DNA from: Octopus bimaculoides
Lineage: Eukaryota
Direction: 5' to 3'
Assembly (NCBI RefSeq): GCF_001194135.2
Contig: NC_068984.1
Location: forward strand, 127,000,344 to 127,064,343
DNA length: 64,000 bases
How positions within the stretch are numbered: position 1 is the first letter of the stretch; the number at the start of each line of letters is the position of its first letter. Under the pieces are notes generated by a model that saw nothing but the letters and a program-made list of their open reading frames with translations, was not told where the DNA came from and ran no database searches. Both the position numbers and the translations under genes were made by a program. Positions 51,333 to 63,209 of the stretch are shown one piece after another.

Positions 51333-51382
51333 TGGAGGACTTTCCTATTCAAACAGACAAGAAGTTAGAAAATAATAGACCA
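51333..51382 (+). mobile_element. R4/Dong RLE fragment (DFPIQTDKKLENNRP), cut by a family A SINE
   Basis: Matches the RLE WDFxIQTDxxxxxNRPD motif; starts directly after (AAT)n. Confidence 0.6.
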
Positions 51383-51810
51383 GGCGCAGGAGTAGCTGTG
51401 TGGTAAGTAGCTTNNNNNNNNNNNNNNNNNNNNNNNNNNNNNNNNNNNNNNNNNNNNNNNNNNNNNNNNNNNNNNNNNNNNNNNNNNNNNNNNNNNNNNN
51501 NNNNNNNNNNNNNNNNNNNNNNNNNNNNNNNNNNNNNNNNNNNNNNNNNNNNNNNNNNNNNNNNNNNNNNNNNNNNNNNNNNNNNNNNNNNNNNNNNNNN
51601 NNNNNNNNNNNNNNNNNNNNNNNNNNNNNNNNNNNNNNNNNNNNNNNNNNNNNNNNNNNNNNNNNNNNNNNNNNNNNNNTATATATATGTATGTGTGTGT
51701 ATATGTTTGTGTGTCTGTGTTTGTCCCCCCAACATGGCTTGACAACCGATGGTGGTGTGTTTACATCCCCGTAACTTAGCGGTTCGGCAAAAGAGACCGA
51801 TAGAATAAGA
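51383..51810 (+). mobile_element. SINE family A, young, spanning an N-gap
   Basis: Head GGCGCAGGAGTAGCTGTGTGG; 3' half resumes after the gap. Confidence 0.8.
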
Positions 51811-51882
51811 GTGTCTCTGTCTTATAATGATTTTTTTTTCTACCTTATTATCCTTTCTTGAGTTCGTTTTCATGTTTGAAGA

Positions 51883-52097
51883 TTAAACCTTTAATATTTA
51901 AATGTCTGTCTAATGTAATGCTTATTCATTCATATCATTTTGAATTAATCATGCATTATCTCATAACCTTGAGATTTTGAAGATGTGATTGTTTATTTTT
52001 AGAGTGACATTGTAGGGTAGGTGTGAGAGGTTGGCTCTGACTAGTTTCAACATAAGACACAATCCGGATATGGCTGGTTTAAATGCTATAGGGTTAT
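51883..52097 (+). mobile_element. piggyBac-type MITE family (other copies at 55970-56136 minus and 57302-57670 plus)
   Basis: Ends TTAA(A/C)CCTTTA...TAAATGCTA(A/T)AGGGTTA(A); shared core TGAATTAATCATGCATTATCTC..TTGAGATTTTGA.GATGTGA. Confidence 0.65.
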
Positions 52098-52284
52098 GTG
52101 GCTGTTTTCTTTTAAAATGTCTTATTCATTGCAGAACCCTTTCTTGTTTCTAGTTATTATCTTGTAGTAGGGGATATATTGAAAACTAAAACAGATTGTT
52201 TACCTCATCCATTGTGGTATATATGCAGACTTTCTCACATCCCCTGATTGTAAAATAAATAATGGAAACCATATATATTAGACA

Positions 52285-52501
52285 TGAGTGGGTGCTGAAA
52301 AGTTCCTGACTTTAAGGGTATTGTGAAAGGTCTGGTTGGAGGCCCAACCTTCTGAATTCCTTTACAGGGTTTTGAAAAACTGAAGAACTGCTGTAATATG
52401 TGTGTGAATCTGAGAGGGGAATATGTTAAATAAAATCGTAATTAATTCATCCCCCTGTATTTTCTTTTACACAAAGCCAGGAACTTTTCAGCACACCCTC
52501 A
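52285..52501 (+). mobile_element. 217-bp internally deleted mariner MITE
   Basis: TIRs TGAGTGGGTGCTGAAAAGTTCCTG and CAGGAACTTTTCAGCACACCCTCA; interior encodes the mariner C-terminus GFEKLKNCCNMCVNLRGEYVK*. Confidence 0.85.
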
Positions 52502-52502
52502 T

Positions 52503-52922
52503 ATACTCTTTTACTCTTTTACTTGTTTCAGTCATTTAACTGTGGCCATGCTGGAGCACCGCCTTTAGTCGAGCAAATCGACCCCAGGACTTATTCTTTG
52601 TAAGCCTAGTACTTATTCTATCGGTCTCTTTTTGCCGAACCGCTAAGTGACGGGGACACAAACACACCAGCATCGGTTGTCAAGCAATGCTAGGGGGACA
52701 AACACATACACACAAACATACACAAACACATCACATACATATATATATATACATATATACGACGGGCTTCTTTCAGTTTCCGTCTACCAAATCCACTCAC
52801 AAGGCTTTGGTCGGCCCGAGGCTATAGTAGAAGACACTTGCCTAAGGTGCCACGCAGTGGGACTGAACTTGAAACCATGTTGTTGATAAGCAAGCTACTT
52901 ACTACACTGCCACTCTTGCGCC
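52503..52922 (-). mobile_element. SINE family A, young full-length copy
   Basis: Complete head (GGCGCAAGAGTGGC) to (AAGAGT)n tail; possible TATACT TSD; abuts the right end of the mariner MITE. Confidence 0.9.
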
Positions 52923-53546
52923 TATACTATTGAAAAATGATAAAACTACTAAAGTGAATATAATAATATAAGTCGGTTTTAAGTAGTTGTTATAAGACTA
53001 CCATACTAAAATTGTTTTAGTTTCCACATTCATAATCAGAGATTAAATCTGTTGCCAAACAAGCACAGTACAGAAATATTAAGCAAATTTATTAAATCCT
53101 TATTTGGTGGCCTGTGTGCATGTGTGCTAAATCTATCACACACTGAATATACATAGAATCTGAAGTATATATATCTATAGAGACAGTAATATAGTCTGCA
53201 TCTGTTGAGCTTAGATGAACTAGAATTTATACTGCATTAAGATTTGGCTTGGATATAAGTGGAAGATACTACCACCATCACCACCACCACTACCACTGGT
53301 TTAACATCCACTTTTCCATATTTACATGGGTTGAATGGTATTGTTGAGGCTAGTTTTGTACAGCTGGAAGCCCTTCCCATTGTTAACCCTCGCATGTTTC
53401 CAAGCTAGGTAATATTTCCCCATGGCCAGACATGTTTACACAAAAGACTGGAAATAGACACCTCTTATTTGATGTCAACGCTCATTTACAACTATCACTC
53501 ACTGTCAAGGCAAGGACACAGTAACACACACACACACACACACACA

Positions 53547-53579
<33 letters not shown>

Positions 53580-53789
53580 ACATACATACATACATATATA
53601 TATACCAATCATCATCCTCATCATCACCATTTAATATCTGCTTTCCACACTGCCATGGGTTAGCTGGTTTGACTGGAACTGGTGAACCAGAGAGCTGCAC
53701 CAGGTTCCAGTCTGATCTGGCATGGGTTCTATGGTTAGATGCCCTTTCTAACAGCAACAACTCAAAAGTGTAATGAGTCTTTTTGCACT

Positions 53790-54290
53790 GGTCATGACTA
53801 GGATTTCACTTGGCTTGATGAGTCTTTTCAAGCACTGCATATATATATATATATATATATTTGAGCATTGGGCCTCATGGAGGCAAAATTGCAGGGTTCC
53901 TTTCGAGTGTTGAGTTTCATGAATGCAAGGTGAGCTGAGTTCCTTTTGAGTGTTGGGCCTCATGGAGGCAAAGTGGGTGAGTTCCTTATGAAGGCAATGA
54001 CCAAGACCTTTGGCATTATGTCATGCTTGAGAAGACCCATCAAGCCGAGCACAATCACATTCGTGGCAGATACCAGTGTCATGCAAATTGGCACCTGTGC
54101 CGGTGGCATGTAAACACACCCATTACACTCTCAGAGTGGTTGGTGTTAGGAAGGGCATCCAGCTGTAGAAACCTTGCCAGAACAGATTGGAGCCTGGTAC
54201 AGCCTTCTGGCTAGCCAGTCCTCAGTCAAACCATCCAACCCATGCCAGCATGGAAAGCAGACATTAAACAATGATGATGATGATGAATAT
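53790..54290 (+). mobile_element. RTE 3'-UTR fragment with an internal ~40-bp tandem repeat and (GAT)n tail
   Basis: 3' part matches 40090-40335 and the arms at 14004-14145. Confidence 0.75.
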
Positions 54291-54499
54291 ATATNNNNNN
54301 NNNNNNNNNNNNNNNNNNNNNNNNNNNNNNNNNNNNNNNNNNNNNNNNNNNNNNNNNNNNNNNNNNNNNNNNNNNNNNNNNNNNNNNNNNNNNNNNNNNN
54401 NNNNNNNNNNNNNNNNNNNNNNNNNNNNNNNNNNNNNNNNNNNNNNNNNNNNNNNNNNNNNNNNNNNNNNNNNNNATATAAAAGAATATAGATATATAA

Positions 54500-54544
<45 letters not shown>

Positions 54545-54846
54545 TAATAGACACAGAAACTGAGAGACAGAGACAGACTGACTTACAGGCAGGCAGGTAT
54601 GTAGGTAAGTAGACAGAGGTGTGTGTTCGTGTGAAATGTGTGAAATGATGAAGCAGATGACTTAGTGAATGTGCGAAATACTGTAATAAACCATCAATCA
54701 ATCAATCGACTAATTATGCTGTATCAGTCAATTAAGGTAATTGCTAAACAATCTCAGCTTTGTCTACCAACCGCTGATCGTCTTTGCTGCTGCTGCTGCT
54801 GCTTAAAGTACAGTCCTTTCCTTCCTCCTCCTCACCATCATCACTG

Positions 54847-54883
<37 letters not shown>

Positions 54884-55429
54884 TATTATCATCAACACCA
54901 CCACCACCACCACCATTGTCATGATCATCAGTATCATCATAATCAGTAGTATTAGCTATCACCTTTTGCTACTTAATATGCTAGAAACAACAGCCATGTT
55001 TCTCCTAAACCACAATCTCCCCAACCTCATAATTAGCATTAATGAAAAACACATTGGATAATGGTAAACCTGAGGGGTTGCATTAAAAGATTGGATGGCC
55101 ATGCCTGGAATCGGGTTTTATCTGAATTTAAGCACTATCATCATCACCACCACCATCATCATCTCATTATCTTGAGTTTCATCCTTGCTATTATCATTGC
55201 TATCACCATCATTACCATTGATGACATCATCAATATTATCCTCATTCACCAATCATCATAATTGCCATTTCATTTTTTGGCATGGCTGTGTGGTTAAGAA
55301 GCTCCCTTTGCAACCATATGGTTTCAGGTTCAGTCCTGTTGTGCACTACCTTAGGCAAGTTCTGCTACTACAGTCCGACCAAAGTCTTGTGAGTGAATTT
55401 GATAGACAGAAACTGAGAGAAACCCATTT

Positions 55430-55464
<35 letters not shown>

Positions 55465-55520
55465 CTATATATATATACATATATATATACACACATATAT
55501 ATTTGTTTATTTATATATTT

Positions 55521-55556
<36 letters not shown>

Positions 55557-55861
55557 TTTTATTCTTTTGCTTGTTTGACTGTGGCCATGCTGGAGCACCA
55601 CCTTTAGTTGAACAATTCGACTCCAGGACTTATTTATACTATTAGTCCCTTTTACCGAACTGCTAAGTTACAGGGACGTAAACATACCAACATCGGTTGT
55701 CAAACGATGGTGTTGAGGACAAACACAGACACACACACAAATACAAACATATATACATACATATATATATACATACATATATATANNNNNNNNNNNNNNN
55801 NNNNNNNNNNNNNNNNNNNNNNNNNNNNNNNNNNNNNNNNNNNNNNNNNNNNNNNNNNNNN

Positions 55862-55896
<35 letters not shown>

Positions 55897-55909
55897 TATA
55901 TATATATAG

Positions 55910-55940
55910 ACTAGCAGTATAACCCGACGTTGTCCGGGTG
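55910..55940 (+). mobile_element. Possible Helitron/Helentron-type 5' terminus
   Basis: ACTAGCAGTATAACCCGACGTTGTCCGGGT: ACTAG start and an ACCCG..CGGGT hairpin, next to (TA)n. No 3' end found. Confidence 0.4.
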
Positions 55941-58320
55941 TGACTTATTACGCCATCTACAATAAGTCTTTGCCAGCTAGTTCCAGCCTCTCACATCTAT
56001 CCTATTTTCTTATTCTATAAATAAACAATCACATCATCAAAATCTCAAAGCTACTAGATAATGCATGGTTAATTTAAAACAGTATGAATAATTAAACATT
56101 ATATTTGACAGAGTCATCTGAATGCTAAAGTGTTAATACAGTGATTATGGAAAAGCTAATTAAAAGTAATTAAGCTCTGAGGACAGTACAACAATTAAAT
56201 GTTTACTCATGTACAATATGGTACATCTATTTACAAATTTTCTCTTCTCTGTTTTTGTGAATATGATGAAGTCTATGGTTTGCTGAAGATATCTAATAAG
56301 ATCAAAACATGTACAGAGTTGTCTCCCTTTGTCTGAATAATTAAAACGTTAGCTATTCAACATGGTTGTGTGGTAAGAAGTTTTCTTCACAACTACATGG
56401 TTCTGGTTTCAGTCCCAGTGCATAGCATCTTAAACAAATCTCTTCTAGTATAGCCCCAAGCCAACCAAAGGTTTCTACATGGATTTTGTCAACAGAAATT
56501 GAAAGAAGCATGTTGTGTGCGTGTGTGTGTGTGTTGTGTTTGTGATTGTCCCCACTACCTCTTGACAGTGTCCTAATAACAGTGGTTTGGCGAAAAGAAA
56601 CTAATAGAATAAGTACCAGACATAGAAAACAAAACAAATGTACTGTGGGGTGGGTTTCTTTGATAAAACCCATCAAAGCAATGCCCCAGCATGGCCATTG
56701 TCCAATTGACTCAAACTAGTAAGAAAGATAAGCTATATTTCGTATGTATATCTACTTAGTATTATATTTATTTTAGTAAGTGCAGTGAAGTCTTTGCTTT
56801 GCTGATGATGTCTAATAAGACCAACACATGTCCAGAGTTGTCTCCCCTTGTCTAAATATTCAAAACTCTAGCCATTGAACAAGTGTTTTTCTTTTTAAAG
56901 TTCTTTGCATTAAAAATGTTAACATCAACTTAATTATTTCTTTTCATGCCGAATACATCTCAAAGTAATTTCCATAAGTGATTTATATTTTGAATTGGAT
57001 ATACAGCTATGGAATTACATTTCCATAATTGATAAAGAACCAATGGAAATTAGAAAAATAAAAATACATATAACATTTGCTGCTAACCCAGTAAATAAGT
57101 CCATCATTAACTTAATATGGCTGTCTTTAGAGAAAGATAAATTTAAATCATCCACTAATGTAACAATAATTGTACAAACATGAGTGAACTAATGGACAAA
57201 ACTGCTAGAAGGAATAATTTTAGTTTTACTTATAAAAGTTCTTTGTTAGAATCTATGTTGGAATCCATATTAGATGTGTATTATACTGGGACATATTTAA
57301 CACAACCCTTTACCATTCAGATTACTCTGTCAAATATAATGCTTATATTAATCACACTGTTTTGAATTAATCATGCATTATCTCTTGGTTTTGAGATTTT
57401 GATGATGTGACATCAGCAGGAATTGAACTTATGCATTATAATTTGAGTTGAGAAAGTATCAAAAGGCGAAAGACTTGTCCAAGTTCGTCAGATACATCAT
57501 CACTTTCACTATCAATCACTATCAGATGCGGCAACAAACTGGTGCTCTGTCAGTTAGTTTTAGGACAACATTGCAGGGTAGGTGTGAAAGGCTTGATCAA
57601 TCCTGTCTGAACAACAAAGCAGAGAAGATATTTTGGCCAGAAATGGTTGGTTTAAATACTAAAGGATTGAGAAACGCATGGTGATCAAACCAATTAGAAA
57701 GTAACAGGAATGAGGTTTCCTTTATGCTTTTATTTCTTACAGTCATTGGTCTGTGATCAAAGTGGGGTGTTGACTTGAAGGGTTTTAATTGATCATACTG
57801 ACGCCAGTACTTATTTTTAAATATAGGGCTCTAGTATTTTTCTTATATTTTTTATTTGTCAAACTGTTAAGTTATACACAAAAACACAACATATGGTTTT
57901 CCAAGTGGTTTTAACATTTACACAAACGTACATATATGTAAACACAAATAAATACACAATCACTTGCACACATACATTCACATGCATATGCATACACACA
58001 CACACAGACAAACACATGCAGACACACACATACACACCTTGCTTTAAATCACCGTCATTTCTCTTATTCTCCCTGTTTGGCACAGGTACTCTTCAGTCTT
58101 GCAAGTTACAAGGTAACAACTTCTCTGGTGCTGCTACTCACAGTAAAACATTCGGTCCATTCTGAAAATTGGTTTGGTGTTAGGAAGGACATCCAGCCAT
58201 AGAAACCTTGCCAACACTGAGACATTGAAGCAAGTTAGCATCTGCAAACCACTTGGATCCTGTCCAACTGTCCAACTCATGCCAGCATGGAAAGTAGACA
58301 AAAGACGATGATGATCACAC

Positions 58321-58369
<49 letters not shown>

Positions 58370-58538
58370 CACGCGCACACATACATATGCACACAAATAT
58401 ATACGTACATATATACATACATATATATATATGTATGTATATATANNNNNNNNNNNNNNNNNNNNNNNNNNNNNNNNNNNNNNNNNNNNNNNNNNNNNNN
58501 NNNNNNATATATATATATATACATATACACACGTATAT

Positions 58539-59110
58539 AGAAACTCCATAAGGTGTACCCAGCTGTGGATGCATAAGAGGTGTAGCAACATCAAAGGAAG
58601 ATTAACTCAGAAGATAGCTTTTGTGTGCGGCAGATGCAGAAGGGCAGTAAACACCAGAGATGCTCAGAAAACAGATTCCATCACATGCCAGGGGAAAAAC
58701 TAGAAGAAGTTGATACCTTCTGCTACCTAGGTGACCAAGTCTGTAATGGGGTTGGATGCTCAGAGAGCATTACCCCTAGAATAAGAATTGCCTGGGCAAA
58801 GTTCAGACAGCTTCTACCCCTACTGGTAACAAAAAGCCTTGCGCTCAGAGTGAAAGGTAGATTGTACAATGATGTGTGTGAACTGCCACGCTTCACGGCA
58901 GTGAAACATGGGCTGTAACTGCTGAAGACATGCGTAGGTTTGAAAGAAATGAAGCTAGCATGATCCGCTGGATGTGTAATGTCAGTGTGCACACACAACA
59001 GAGGAATGTTGGACATAAGAAGCATCAGACGTGGCGTACAAGAGAGACGTTTTTCGTTGGTATGGTCATGTACTATGGATTGTCATGTATTATGGATGGA
59101 TGGGGAGAGC
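58539..59110 (+). mobile_element. RTE-clade LINE ORF remnant with a PHD-like zinc-finger insertion
   Basis: NSIRCTQLWMHKRCSNIKGRL..FVCGRC, then LEEVDTFCYLGDQ..GCSESITPRIRIAWAKFRQLLPLL..VKGRLY and ERNEASMIRWMCNV; same family as 37597-38590. Confidence 0.88.
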
Positions 59111-59332
59111 TACATATATACATTATCAAAGAATGTATATATGTATTTTAATACTTCTGTGACAACCAGTACTTAACACAATAAAGCTTATACAAAGCTT
59201 TACATTTTACTTTTGACAATCTTTTTCTAAAAAAGTGAAACCGGTCAAGTGAATAAACATCTTCAAAAATTGCATTTTCAAACCTTCTTTCATATATATT
59301 TCCACTTGTGTGGTATCTTACAACTTTACTTT

Positions 59333-59365
<33 letters not shown>

Positions 59366-60130
59366 CATAGAAAAGTTGACAGTGACTTCAAAGTTTCAGC
59401 TTGTTTGTCTTCATCAGGTTGTCTGACAAACACATGCAAGCTGAAACTTTGAAGTTCTTTGTAAAAATTTGATAAGCATAATTTGAGTTTATTCTGCTTT
59501 TGTGACACCACTGCAACCAGCACATAATTTATGCACTATCTCTATATACTCCTGACAAGTAGATTCAACTTTGTTTTCTAAGTGACATGAGTACATGACA
59601 TTGATAAGCTGCAATTACAGTGAAATACATATCTGCCATTCATGAATTTGTTTTACTTAACTCTGAAGTATATTATGTATTAATACGGTATGTCTTTAAA
59701 GGGATTTTTTCCAGACGATAAACCTCAGCTTCTGGTTGTTTAAACAACACACATACATTAAGTATGTTGTATTGGTAATGTTTTTATCATAGAGCTGCTT
59801 CTGTTGCATAATTCAAATTCATTCTGCTTATGCAGTGCCATTGCAAACTAGAAGATAATTTATACTTTATTTGTATGTACTTCTGGCTAGTTGATTCAAT
59901 TTTGTTTTAGTTTAGAAGTGAGAAGAGTGTGTGATATTGAATATCCACAACTACAGCAAAATACATATCTGTCACTCTTGTTATCACTTCCAGGCAATTT
60001 TCTTTCACCTAACTCTGAAGTATATTGAGTTTTTTTTTTTTAACATTATTTGTGTTTAAATGGATTTTTCCCAGACAAAAATGAAACAACTTCTGGCATT
60101 TAAACATCATACATGTTTACATATACATAT

Positions 60131-60171
<41 letters not shown>

Positions 60172-60392
60172 TACATACATACATACATACATACATACAC
60201 ACTAACGTGCACACACACACAAACACACACATATGTATATTCATTTATGTATGTATGTATACAGATCATATACAGACAGATTTCAGTCAGGTGATCATAA
60301 TAACGTACAATAAGGAAGAACTCAATGTTACACAAAGTAAGGATATTTAGTGTTTATTGTTGTCTATAAGAAGACAATAAATGTACACACAT

Positions 60393-60471
<79 letters not shown>

Positions 60472-60491
60472 ATAGGCTATTATTCGTTTCT

Positions 60492-60728
60492 TATTTCTTT
60501 ATTGCCCACAAGGGGTTAAACATAGAGGGGACAAACAAGGACAGACAAACGGATTAAGTCGATTACATTGACCCCAGTGCATAACTGCTACTTAATTTAT
60601 CAGCCCCAAAAGGATGAAAGACAAAGTCGACCTTGGCAGAATTTGAACTGAGAATGTAACGGCAGACGAAATACTGCTAAGCATTTCGCCCGGTGGGGTA
60701 ACGTTTCTGCCAGCTCGCCGCCTTTCAT
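60492..60728 (-). mobile_element. SINE family B, young full-length copy with a 19-bp TSD
   Basis: TSD TAGGCTATTATTCGTTTCT at 60473-60491 and 60729-60747. Confidence 0.92.
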
Positions 60729-61199
60729 TAGGCTATTATTCGTTTCTGTTTACCAAATCTTTAGTCAGCAAGGGCTATAAAAAAAAGATACCCAAAATGG
60801 CATGCAGTAGGACTGAACTTGAAATCATGTGGTTGAGAAGCGAACTTCTGAACCACACAACCATGACTGTGCCTTTAAAACAAGAGGCCTCGTCTATAAA
60901 TATGTGTACACACACACACACACAGATGTAGCGAGGTGGAGAATCGAAACTGCATTAGCTCAGTAATAAGATACAGCATATCAGGCAATATCAGCCTAAT
61001 TGTCAGCCAATGATATTTCAGCTGCGATCATTCAATTGCATGAGTTTGAATGGAATATTCCATGACTTCCTGCCAAATCCTGGCTACAAATCAAGTTGTG
61101 TGTCACAATCAAAAGAGAGAGGCACCAGCGATCTGTATGAAGACAGATCTCTTGGTTACTGCTAGACCTGGGGTTAAAAGGAATCTTTTTTTTTTTATG

Positions 61200-61948
61200 T
61201 GTTCCAGTCATTAGACTGCTGTCCTACTGGAGCATTGCCTTAAAGAATTTTAGTTGAATAAATCAACCCCAGTATTTATTTCTTTAAGCCTTGTTTAATT
61301 CTATTGGTCTCTTTTGCCAAAATGCTAAGTAATGAGGTTGTAAAGAAACCAACACCGGTTGTAAAGTGGCAGAAGGAGACAAACTCAGGCACAAAGACAC
61401 CTCACACACATATATATACACATACATGGCAGGTTTCTTTTAGTTTCCATCTTCCAAATCCACTCATGAGGCTTTGGTTGGTCCAAGGCTATTATAGAAG
61501 ACACTTGCCCAAAGTGCCACACAGTGGGACTGAACCTGGAACTATGTGGTTGGGAAGTTGTCCACTTGGTACATTTACTCTTTTACTCTTTTACTTGTTT
61601 CAGTCATTTTGACTGCGGCCATGCTGGAGCACCGCCTTTTAGTCAAGAAAATCCACCCCAGGACTTATTCTTTGTAAGCCTAGTACTTATTCTCTCAGTC
61701 TCTTTTTTGCCGAACCACTAAGTGACGGGGACATAAACGTACCAGCATCGGTTGTCAAGCAATGCTAGGGGGACAAACACAGACACACAAACACACACAC
61801 ACAAACACACACACAAACACACACACATACATATATATATACATATATACGACGGGCTTCTTTCAGTTTCCGTCTACCAAATCCACTCACAAGGCTTTGG
61901 TTGGCCGAGGCTACAGTAGAAGACACTTGCCCAAGGTGCCACGCAGTG
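61200..61948 (-). mobile_element. Two tandem family A SINEs (old 61200-61560, young 61575-61948)
   Basis: Both are colinear with 52503-52922; the younger keeps its CpGs and lacks the extreme head. Confidence 0.8.
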
Positions 61949-62666
61949 TATATGAAAAGATTATGAAAATGCTCATAATATAGTTTGTTAAATGTGATAT
62001 TGTATATTGAAACAGCCTACAATTCTAACCATTTTAAATCTTGATATATCCAAGTTGATATGCTATAAACTTCTTTAAAACTCTGGCAAGATTTCAAACA
62101 GTTGTGGAAAAAATTGATTTTGATGTAATATTCTATGTTTGAAAATAAATATTGTATGACAAATAAAGCAGTGGGGTTAACCATCCTGTCAGTTTTCTCT
62201 GTTGATTGATTACAAATCAATAATTGATCCAGAAACATAAGAGAGAAAAAGTAGAAATAAGCTGCAGTGAGTTTTAGCCTGTGATTCAATTTCTCTTCCT
62301 GATTGGAATTATTATATATCAGATTTTGTTAAGTGAAAAAAGAAAAAGAGAAGAATGTCAAAGCAGGTGTGTCTGTGTGGTTATGAAGCTGGCTTGCCAA
62401 CCAAGTGGTCTTGGGTTCAGTCTCACTGTATGGCACCTTGGGCAAATGTCTTCTATTATAGCCTCAGGTCATCCAAAGCCTTGTGTGAGTGGATTTGGTA
62501 GATGGAAATTGAAAAAGCCCATCATGCATGGCTGTGTGTGTGTGTATACATGTATATGTATGTGTGTATATACGTGTATATGTATGTGTGTATATATACA
62601 TGCATATATATGTATGTCTATATATACATGTATATGTATGTGTATAGATATGTATACATAAGTGTG

Positions 62667-62714
<48 letters not shown>

Positions 62715-62836
62715 CATGTCTCCTTGTTTTGGTGTTGGTGGTGATGCTTGCTTTGAAGAGAGACTTGTGTGTATCATTTTACTTTCAGTAGTACAAACAT
62801 TTGTACATACATGAATGCATACATGATGCTTTAACT

Positions 62837-62881
<45 letters not shown>

Positions 62882-63177
62882 CATGTATATAAATATATTC
62901 TTATACAGACATATTCTTGTATATTATAGTATGATTCTATACTGAACGTTTTATGTATATTAAAGAATATCTCTTTACATAACATAGTGTTTCTGTATGC
63001 AAAGTATGTCTGTCTGCTTTCTTCCATACATAATTTATGTCTATTCTATAAAACATGGTATATCTCTCTATACATCCCTGTAACCACCCCACCTCACTAC
63101 CACCTCAGCCACCTCAGCCACCACCACCACTACCGCCATCACCATCAGCAGCAGCAGTTGGGCCTCTGTGAGGCCCA

Positions 63178-63209
<32 letters not shown>

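Noticed and set aside
56923-57365. Two ORFs coupled by an ATGA overlap (virus- or operon-like)
   Set aside because: AT-rich with no recognisable domain, and the second ORF runs into a MITE; consistent with chance.
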